Assembly: GCA_951406725.2 (NCBI GenBank)
Contig: OX597829.1
Coordinates: 17,918,001-17,982,000, forward strand
DNA: 64,000 nucleotides
Direction of reading: 5' to 3'
Source: Octopus vulgaris
Lineage: Eukaryota
Below the pieces are notes generated by a model. It saw only the letters and a program-made list of their open reading frames with translations. It did not search any database and was not told where the DNA came from. Of the stretch, positions 53,629 to 64,000 are shown piece by piece. The stretch's first letter is position 1; each line of letters starts with the position of its first letter. A program made the position numbers and the translations under genes.

Positions 53629-53884
53629 GTGTCTGTGTGTCTGTGTGTGTGTGTGTAAGGGTATTCATGCAAATTGTTCTCGTATTAATCCATTCATCAG
53701 TTAATCATGGTCATGAACGAAATGAATACGGATCTTTCATTATATAATCGTTGTTACATAACCATTTTTCTCATTCGTGTTTATCAGCTTGTTAAATGAT
53801 TTATCAGCCGTATGTATTTGAAACATTTGTAACAGGGAAATAAATGTGATGCCAGTACCGCCATTCTTCGCTTGTTCTCTTTCT

Positions 53885-54279
53885 CTTTTGTTATTTGTTT
53901 CAGTCATTTGACTGCGGTCATGCTGGAGCACCGCCTTTAATCGAGCAACTCGACTCCGAGACTTATTCTTTTGTAAGCCCAGTACTTATTCTATCGGTCT
54001 CTTTTGCCGAACTGCTAAGTAACGGGGACGTAAACACACCAGCATCGGTTGTCAAGCAATGCTAGGGGGACAAACACAGACACACAAACACACATACGCA
54101 CACACGTATATACATATATACGACGGGCTTCTTTCAGTTTCCGTCTACCAAATCCACTCAGAAGGCTTTGGTCGGCCCGAGGCTATATTAGAAGACACTT
54201 GCCCAAGATTCCACGCAGTGGGACTGAACCTGGAACCATGTGGTTGGTAAACAAGCTACTTACCACACAGCCACTCCTA
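53885..54279 (-). mobile_element. SINE family A, full length
   Basis: Reverse complement of 45428-45834. Confidence 0.93.
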
Positions 54280-54479
54280 TTATTTATATTCGGCGACTGA
54301 AGCGATTTTTTTCTTTTTGTTTTTTATCCTTTTCGTTTCGTTTTGTTTTTTTATGGTGGGGGAGATTTTCAGTTTGTGTGAAACAATTACTTTTAGTGAA
54401 GAATCGTTCCTTTCTCTAAATACTGCTAACCATCGTGCGCTGGAGTGTTACTGTGTTCTCTAGAGGGTTAGTGGCGGGA

Positions 54480-55370
54480 AGAGCGATGATCTTCTCAGGG
54501 CAATTCCAAGCATCGACAAAATCATGTGACTGGTCTATTTCGGTGGACGTTCAGGACGGCGCTCATGGGTAATTTCCAGAAATCTCCGGCCTACCAGTAC
54601 TGCCGAGGGGTCACTGCCGGATCACGATCAATTCTACAGTCATACTGCTATCAACTGAGCCTCCCAGAGATGCACGCAAACTGTTCTATGTGCACTCGTC
54701 CAGTTCCCGAGCATTGCTGACCTGTGGAGTTGTGTCGAACATGTGCTGTCGCTTATAGAGCGGATCCAACCATCAGCTTGAGGCCTTTGAGATCTTTCCG
54801 CTACCTTCCTTTGACCGGAAAAGACAGCGTTTATCTCTCAGGTGGCTTTAGTGAAAGAGGTTGCAAGGTAGACCAGATTGAAAGGGCTAAAGATAGACAC
54901 CTCGCTCTTTGACCAAATTCTCATTAACGTTTCCCTCAGGATAGCTGGCGCCAGCGGGAGAACGACACGCAATTCCGTCCGGTAAAGCGAACGACTGGAG
55001 GCCCCGGGGACGTTGACGTTGACTTGAAAAAGAAAGTGAAGGTGATAAGGGAAGTGTTCCTTTCCAGCAAATTTATTGAAAGATGGAGGAGAGTGGCGTA
55101 CGTGATCCGAGTGAACTTGCTTGTTCTGAGAATGAGCCTGCAAATTCAGGGACAACAGGGAGAAAGCAGTTACCTTTGTGGTTAGGTTAACCGTAGGGTT
55201 GTGTGGTCTTTTACGAGTAGTGGACATTGGTCTCCCTCTTCTGGAGAATTATTCATTATTTGAAATTCATTGCTTCGTTATTATTCTCCTTTTATTTTCA
55301 CGTTCTATTTACCTAATACTACATTGTATCACTCTGTACCGTCCCCGGTGTTTTTAAAACACTTAGTGGT
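54480..55370 (+). mobile_element. Decayed Tx1/L1-like 3' region
   Basis: gtgaaagaggttg...gattgaaaggg...acttgaaaaagaaagtgaaggtg aligns with the reverse complement of 34560-34740. Confidence 0.55.
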
Positions 55371-55963
55371 TTTTCCCCACCATCCATTTTTAATAAGGTT
55401 GGGCAGTCGCCGTTCCTCTGTCTAACGACTGTAGCAAAATATGTTTTGTGGTAGATGAGGCTGAAAGGATTGAAGAAAAAGAAAATCCACATTCCTCTTC
55501 GATCAAACACTCAAGCACTCGCCGACATTTTGTAAATTCTACTTGGAAAGGAAAGGCAAAGTGGAGAGGGAAGGGCTCCCACTAAACAAATCTGCGTAAA
55601 CTTGAATTGAATGACTGTAACAAAAATAGCAAAGAGTAAATGAACCTACACTAAGCGTACACCTGTAGATTAGAGAACAACTTGGGCGAGACCTCGAGAT
55701 TTTAGTAGTCACGGTGGTGTTGGATTTGTGAAGTCACTTGATTGGCCTTATTTGGAGTTTTTCTTGTATCAAAGGGACTTCTTCATTCATGGGTTCACAT
55801 ACTTTGTATGCTACGCATGCTTTTTATCACATTTTGTCCTCCTTTCCATTTCTTCCTCCGCATCTTTTATAAAAATTCCGACATAAATTGCAAACTGTTT
55901 TAGTAATGACCCATTCATCTGACGCCCGTGTGGTAAATAAAAGAAATCATCGTGTCCATCATT

Positions 55964-56000
<37 letters not shown>

Positions 56001-56029
56001 ATATCTGTTTTTGTTGCTGTTGTTGTTGT

Positions 56030-56372
56030 TACGAGAGTCGATAAAATAAATACCAGTCAAGTATTAGGGTCGATGTAACCGATTTGTTCCCTCCCCCAAA
56101 TCTGCTGGCCTTGTGCCAAAATTTGAAAGCATTATTATTATTATTATCATCATCATCATCATCAAAGCAGCGAGCTGGCAGAATCGTTAGCACGCTGGAC
56201 AAAAATAATGCTTAGCAGTATTTCGCCCGTCGCTAACATTCTTAGTTCAAATTCCGCCGAGATTGACTTTCATCCTTTCGAGGTCGATAAATTTAGTAAC
56301 AGTTGTGTACAGACGATCTAATCGACTGGCCCCTTCCCCCACAATTTCAGGCCTTGTGGCTATAATAGAAAG
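56030..56372 (+). mobile_element. Diverged SINE family B copies (one partial, one near full)
   Basis: gtcgataaaataaataccag...gtgccaaaatttgaaa; gcgagctggcagaatcgttagcac...ctttcatcctttcgaggtcgataaa. Confidence 0.8.
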
Positions 56373-56373
56373 G

Positions 56374-57199
<826 letters not shown>

Positions 57200-57729
57200 G
57201 TTATTATTATTATTATCATTATTATTATCATTAGCTTGTATATTTTGTAGATAATAACACCTGTTTCTTATTTAAGAATTTCATCGTAAATATGTTATTT
57301 AATAGATAATACAGCAAATATTTTTTAATATTTTCGAATATTACAGTATTTATAATATATACTAAACATACATTTTATATTATTTATAATCTATACTACA
57401 TATATATTTTTATATTAATTATGATATACGGTTATAGAACAATATACATTTCATATTTATAAGATATGCTAAATACATATTTTCTTATTATTTATAGTAT
57501 ATATATTTTTATATCATTTATGGTATATATCTTATATTGGAATATGATATATTCTATTTTTGATAGAAATCGCCCCATGATGTCGTGTGTATACATGTGT
57601 GCGTGAATGCATGTTGCGCGCACGTGTGTTTGTGTGAGACCGCGCATGCGTGTGTGTGTTTTGTCTTTACAGCTAAAACAGCGTGAAAAGCATGCCACAA
57701 ATATTTATGCATACACGCAGTCGTACATA

Positions 57730-57780
<51 letters not shown>

Positions 57781-57850
57781 GTATCTATGTATGTATATAT
57801 ATATATATATACGTACGTATGTATATATACATATACACAAACTTACATAA

Positions 57851-57938
<88 letters not shown>

Positions 57939-57961
57939 ATGAATATAAATATATCATAGAT

Positions 57962-57997
<36 letters not shown>

Positions 57998-58980
57998 TAT
58001 ATTTATGTATGTATCTATGTATGTATGTACGTACGTATGTATGTATGTATGTATGTATGTATGTATGTATGTATGTATGTATGTATGTATGTACGTACGT
58101 ACGTATGTATGTATTCATGCACAAACGCAGAAAAGCGGAAGGAACAATCAGAATACAGAGATGAAAAGTGAACAACAAAGTCGAAACCGCTTTGTCGTTT
58201 TTTATTTTTTAGTGGGTGGGGTCATTTTTGTTTTTGTTATTCATGCTCTGCCGTTGTTGTCGTTTATTGTCTTATAATAAGGTCGTGAATTATCACTTAT
58301 AAGATTTCCTTGATGTTTGATAGTTTTTCTAAGTGAGAAAAAAAATACATATTTTTTTTTTTTTTTAAAGTTATCGTCTTGTGAGGTCTTAGATTAAATC
58401 ACAAAAGAACAAAAACCCGGCAACGATAACGTTTTATCCAATGAACGGTGGGAAACGAAAAATGAGAAACAAGAGGAAACCACTAAAACATGAAATAAAT
58501 GAAATATGAAAGAAAACAGCAGCTACAACTACAAATATAACAATTACAAACTATTTATTGTGATCATTCATCTGATGTAAGTACCTTAAATTTGTAAAGT
58601 GGAAGTCTTAGAAATTTCTTGAATGTGTATCTGCATTAGTAGTGTTTGTGTGTGATTGTGTGTCTGTGTGCATGTATATCTGTGTGTTCGCGTGCGTGTG
58701 TATGTAGGGGGATATATGTAAATGTATGTTTCATTTCCTGGTTTTGTTTTACGTTTTTTTTTTTTTTACCAATGGAGAAAGAGCCAATTTCTAGACCTAG
58801 AAACAGGACTCTGTCACTGGAATTTAGATAGCATCAACGGGGTAGCTTTGAATGTATGTCATTATTCACTTTTATTTCGAGATTTCTTGCCAATAGAGAA
58901 AGAACCGGTTTCTAACCTAAATCCAAGGCTCCTTCATTAGAATTACATCAACAACAGGATACTTTTTGTACGTATGTATG

Positions 58981-59428
58981 GGATCTTTTCGGTTTGAACG
59001 GCAGTTTTTTAAAATAATTTCCACGTAACTAAACACTTTTAAACTTCGTATACTGGTAGAATGTGTTTAGAAAACATCTTTTTCTCTTGGCTTTATTGAG
59101 AAAATTCTATAGTTTGTAAGATATTTGTTGTTGTTGTTTTTTCTTCAATTTCTGTAATTTCAACCAATCAGTGACGTCTATTGAGGTGAAAACATTCTGT
59201 GCCGTATGAATATGTCCCTCGTTTAAGAAACAGATTGGGTTTATTTACATTACTGAAGAAAAAAAGATACCCTTTCCCCCACCCCTAACCCTAACCCTAA
59301 CTCTAAACCTAACTAACCCTAACCCTAAAACAGATTGAAATGCAATAGATCGATACTAGGGTCATAATTATGGGTGACAATTTCATATGACACCGCTAGA
59401 AAAACTGCCGTTCAAACCGAAAAGATCC
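58981..59428. mobile_element. MITE with perfect 29-bp TIRs and internal (CCCTAA)n
   Basis: GGATCTTTTCGGTTTGAACGGCAGTTTTT ... AAAAACTGCCGTTCAAACCGAAAAGATCC; telomere-like repeats at 59283-59328; sits in (TATG)n. Confidence 0.92.
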
Positions 59429-59459
59429 TATGTATGTATTATGTATGTATGTATGTATG

Positions 59460-60250
59460 TATGTGTACAGATTTGTATGTATATATAAAGATTTATATGT
59501 TTTGTTTTATGTATGTCTTCTCATGCATATAGTTGCACGTCTATACAAGCTCATATATACTTAAATGATAAACTTCCTGAAAGTTTTACAGATTTTTATA
59601 GTTCCACTGATGCCTTGGATCTGTAGTATTCGAATCACTTCCTCCTTTCTTGTTATGAGAAAGGGCCCCAATAATTACAAGTATAAACCTGAACTTGTAA
59701 TCTGGATAGAGTAACTTCAGATTTCTCAATAATTCAGCATAGGTGTTCTCTTTTTCACTGATCTTCAGCTTTATGTTAACATCCGCAGAGCAGCCAATTT
59801 CCACAGATGTACAGAGTTTCTCTTCTCTATCCTAAACCATTATACTAGGTCTATTGTGTTTACATCTTACTGAGGTTTTCACTGAAATATTCCACCAGTA
59901 TTCCTTTTTATTATGAGTGGCTATGGCTTCTACCATATGGTGGGTTCTTATTTCTTTGTCCTCGGAGTTATCCTTTCGACGGATCTCGTTGTACAGTGTC
60001 CTAACTACAATATTAGGTCTCATCGGTAAATAATAACACCACGATGACATTTTCGGACAACAGCTTATGATGTTGGAGAAATCTTCGATGTTAACTCCAC
60101 AAAGTCTGCATCGGTTGTTACACTTTACTACTTTTCCTGCATCTCTGTCTCTTTTGTGCACCAGGTATTTGGTTGATATTCCTTGTTGCTGGATTGCAAA
60201 CGCATACCCTTCAAAATGGGAGGTTGTACTCCGGTTTATCGATACCAACA
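59460..60250 (-). mobile_element. R4/Dong-like LINE 3' fragment (same family as 26540-27800)
   Basis: FEGYAFAIQQQGISTKYL, CNNRCRLCG, EYWWN, NRP, VEIGCSAD..EKENTYAELL; the 3' UTR matches 27700-27790. Confidence 0.88.
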
Positions 60251-60371
60251 CTTTACAGTTATATTAAATAGTCCTCGTAAGGAAGGAAGGCTTAAATGAT
60301 GTAGATGTGACTTGAACTCAGAATATAAAGAGAAATGTCTAGATATACTGGAGAGTATTTTTCTGATATTT

Positions 60372-60661
60372 TGGCACTCCGTCGGTTACGACGACGAGCG
60401 TTCAAGTTGGTTCGATCAACTGTACTGCCTGCTCGTGAAATTAACGTACTACCCTTAATTCTTAGAGAGATTCAGGATGACACAGACCGTGATATGGCTC
60501 GCCCTTTTAACAACAGGTACAGCTCACTTTCGCTAACTGAGTGGACTGGAGTAATGTGAAATAAAGTGTCCCGCTCAAGGACACAGCATGCTGTTGAATC
60601 TTGAACTCACAACCTTATGATTGTGAGCGGAATGCCCTAACCATTAAGCCACGCGCCTTCC
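60372..60661 (-). mobile_element. tRNA-derived SINE family D
   Basis: Minus strand gaaggcgcgtggcttaatggttaggg...gagttcaag...gtgtccttgagcgggacactttatttcac; tail ends ctcgtcgtcgtaaccgacggagtgcc. Confidence 0.75.
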
Positions 60662-60710
60662 ATCTGGCACTCTCTGAACTCAGACAGCGAAATCACTATT
60701 ATTATAATTG

Positions 60711-60775
<65 letters not shown>

Positions 60776-60795
60776 GCTGTTGTTGATGCTGCTGC

Positions 60796-60829
<34 letters not shown>

Positions 60830-61265
60830 GCTGTTGTTCGTCTTCTTCTTGTTAATGCGGTCTTTGCGTTCTGAGTTCAAATTTGGGCATGTTTTTTTTC
60901 TGCTGGGTTATGATGAGCACATAACTGCAATCAACAGCATCGCCACCCGTTAAAGTTGTATACAGATTGTAAAACTAGTTGTGTACATTTTATATTTTTC
61001 ATAATTTTAGATGGTTTTATTAAATAATTTTTGACAATAAATTTCATCAGTAATCTTTTGATTCTTCATTTATTCTTCTTACATGAGACCCATCATCATC
61101 ATCATCATCATCAAACTCTATTCTGAATGTCAAGACATTGCAAGAACAGACCTGATATATTTTGTTATGTCTCCGGTTCATTTACCACGAAAGCTCAATG
61201 ACATTTTGTAAATGAAATCAATATTTCACAACTGAAATCAAGATCAACCGGTTTTACTTTGGATG

Positions 61266-61367
<102 letters not shown>

Positions 61368-61389
61368 TTCTCTCTCTCTCTCTCTCTCT

Positions 61390-61606
61390 CTGACCCATCT
61401 GTTCCGGCATTCGCCATGATAGATCGTTAGCCACTACACACATTTCTTTCTCTCGTTTCTTTCATTGTTTTTTCTGTGTCCCTTTCTGTAGAAGAGCATA
61501 GGCTCGAAAAGTAAAAGACTTTCTCACTTCCCGAGTTAAACTAATACATCTGTTTGTTGTTTACATACCCGTCTTCGTCTTTTGTTGTTTTTTTTGTAAA
61601 TTATCA

Positions 61607-61610
<4 letters not shown>
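61390..61610 (+). repeat. Microsatellite-associated repeat with a minimal hammerhead-like hairpin
   Basis: cttt-ctgtagaa-gagc atag gctc-gaaaagta-aaag; second copy at 40265-40352 on the minus strand. Confidence 0.65.
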
Positions 61611-61676
<66 letters not shown>

Positions 61677-61716
61677 CTCCTCTTTCATTTTATCTCTCTA
61701 TATAGCTATCTCTCTC

Positions 61717-61759
<43 letters not shown>

Positions 61760-61762
<3 letters not shown>

Positions 61763-62257
61763 AGATCAAGACGGGCACCATATATCATCTGCTCAGCTTT
61801 TCAACTGGGCTAAGACATTGACTTAATGAGAGGAAGAGAGGAATACCATTTGTAGTACCTATGATATGAAGGATAATTTAACAGACTACTATTTCTGCAT
61901 GGTTAATGTACGTGGTTTTACTGTTAGGACCAAGCATAAGATTGTATATCCCAACTTGAAATCAGTAAAAAAAAAGCCATTACTAAACAATGATGATGAC
62001 CTTCTATTCCAGTAATACCAAAGAATGGCCTACAAACGTCTGAAGAAGTTCTTTCTGAAGGGGCTACTACTGATGTACAAGAAACCGAAGTTGATGATTT
62101 CATGCTTGAAAATTAAGTCAGAGCCAGAAATTTTCTCAAGGAGAGTTGAATGATTTGGTTAGGGGCTTGGCACCGGCAAAAGATAAAAGTGAACTTTTAG
62201 CATCTCGTCAAAGAGAAATGTCTGCTTAAAAAAAGATGTTTGTATTGCTCATTTCGT
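61760..62257 (+). mobile_element. Chapaev-like DNA transposase fragment
   Basis: RDQD..APYIIC, IPFVVPMI, TDYYFCMVNVRGF..RTKHKIVYPNL, FSQGELNDLVRGL..KDKSELLASR; family assignment from memory of these motifs. Confidence 0.6.
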
Positions 62258-62735
62258 AGTCCTTCGTCCGTAGATTCATCAGTACGATCGTTCCAATTAC
62301 GTAAGTAATTTATTCGGTAATAGACGAAACCGGTATACGATTAATTCTTGATTTTTATATAATTTTCATCTGTCTTGCCCGCCTATGTTTTAGTGTTCGC
62401 TGAATTTTCTCTGGAGAACATCTTTCTTTGTAGTTAGATCGTATGTGATCTCCATCTAGCATATGGTTATCCACCTAGTAGTTTTTAACCCTAAATATAC
62501 ACATGTGTAGATATATATATGTATAATATATACTACACAAAAGTGACTGTTGAGTTAGAACATGCAAATACTGCGACTAAGTACATCATAGCGACCGCCA
62601 GCCGCATACAATCACCGCTGCTTCCGCTACCAGGTCACGTGATTTCGGTCTCTTTCCACCTTCTTCATGATAGATACATCGGAGCTGAAAATAGCAGTTA
62701 CCGCTGCGAGAGCGATGTACGTAGAAACACAGACC

Positions 62736-62767
<32 letters not shown>

Positions 62768-62825
62768 TGTATGTATGTATGTATGTATGTATGTATGTAT
62801 GTATGTATGTATGTATGTATGTATG

Positions 62826-62856
<31 letters not shown>

Positions 62857-63891
62857 GCATGTCTAGATAGAGAAGGGGCGACGTAAATAATATACAGCAT
62901 AATTCGTAGGTTAAAGTGAATTTTTATGCCGTGTTGTCAGGAAGAATTTGATGTTTTGGACCAGTAACTTCAGTTGAGAATTAGAGCATGACGTTTTCAT
63001 TATTATTTTTTATCTTTGAGATTAAGAGACAGCCCCTAAAACGTTAAAGTTATGTTCTCCCCAGGACATATATACTTAACCATATTCACAACGTTCTCAA
63101 TAATTTTTTGCCGACACATACGACGGTTTTCTTTTATAGTTAATGTCTGTTTTATTTTCTTTCTCACTTCTCTTCTATAACTATATAATATATATATGCA
63201 CATACATTTATATACACATACAGAAAATAATTAGAAGTATGTATGTATATATAGGGGGACGGGTCGAAGAAACACACACACACATACAAAACACATTTTA
63301 TTATTTAAATAATTACTTTTCTTTTGAGATGTTAAAAATATTTAGCTACAATAATAAAAACAATACGGCATCTTACAGTATAGAATTTCTTCACCAATTT
63401 CGTTCACATGAGAGATAAAATATAGTTTTCAAAGAGTTTGGGATTTGTTTGTGTTTCATGTTTTTGTATTTTTGTTTTGTTTTTTTGTTTTTTTACATTT
63501 AATTACATTTTCGAAAATAAATTGAAAGAAGTTTTTAAGTCGAATTTTTCTTATTTTTCAGAAGTAAAATATTTCCTTTTTATCTTCAATTTCTATTTTC
63601 GTTCCCTATTGTGTACAACTGTTATTTTTATATAATTGTCGATTTAAATTTTCGACAAACTTGTGTTCCTTTAATTTATTTTCTACAATTAATCATCTGC
63701 CTTTGTTTAGCGGGTATTTTAAAAGGATATTCTTTCATCTTCGGGGGTTGGGAAGCTTTCTATTCTACAATCCTCTGCCGAGCAAAATCTCCTAATTCTT
63801 TAATCTAAATGTAAAATGTCTGCAAAATCACACATTAGTAACACTGACCACTCTATACTGCTGCGATTTCTTTTAATTACTATATATATAT

Positions 63892-64000
63892 ATCACCGTG
63901 ATCACTGTGACCGAGCAGGCTATGAGATGTTCCTACACATCGCTGGTCACAATGCGCTTCGCATTGTTTTAGCCTTCAAATGACGCCACCTTGTCTGTCC
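63892..64000 (-). mobile_element. Probable SINE 3' portion truncated by the window end
   Basis: Complex sequence abutting (TA)n that resembles SINE tails I associate with cephalopod repeats; no second copy in the window. Confidence 0.4.

Noticed and set aside
59283-59328. Telomere or chromosome-fusion site
   Set aside because: A short degenerate array lying inside a TIR-bounded MITE.
62590-62725. GC-richer patch with a GTCACGTGA E-box, possible promoter or exon
   Set aside because: A single short motif with no associated gene; unsupported from sequence alone.

Overview
AT-rich, microsatellite-saturated eukaryotic DNA with no recognisable host protein-coding gene. It is probably intergenic or intronic; the repeat content resembles coleoid cephalopod (Octopus-like) genomes, which is an inference. 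The window is a mosaic of at least four tRNA-derived SINE families, decayed DNA transposons (mariner, Tc1 DD34E, maT-like, Chapaev-like, Helitron ends, MITEs), LINE fragments (CR1-like, three R4/Dong-like, HERO/NeSL-like, Tx1/L1-like, RTE) and Penelope-like elements (PLEs) with GIY-YIG endonucleases. The most striking signal lies outside the ORF track: about ten type I hammerhead-ribozyme motifs (CUGANGA...GAAAC-palindrome-GUH). Several have unusually long stem II insertions, two lie downstream of PLE GIY-YIG ORFs, and several occur as outward-facing inverted pairs embedded in (TA)n. Most long ORFs in the track are microsatellite artefacts. All family assignments are by eye, without database searches.
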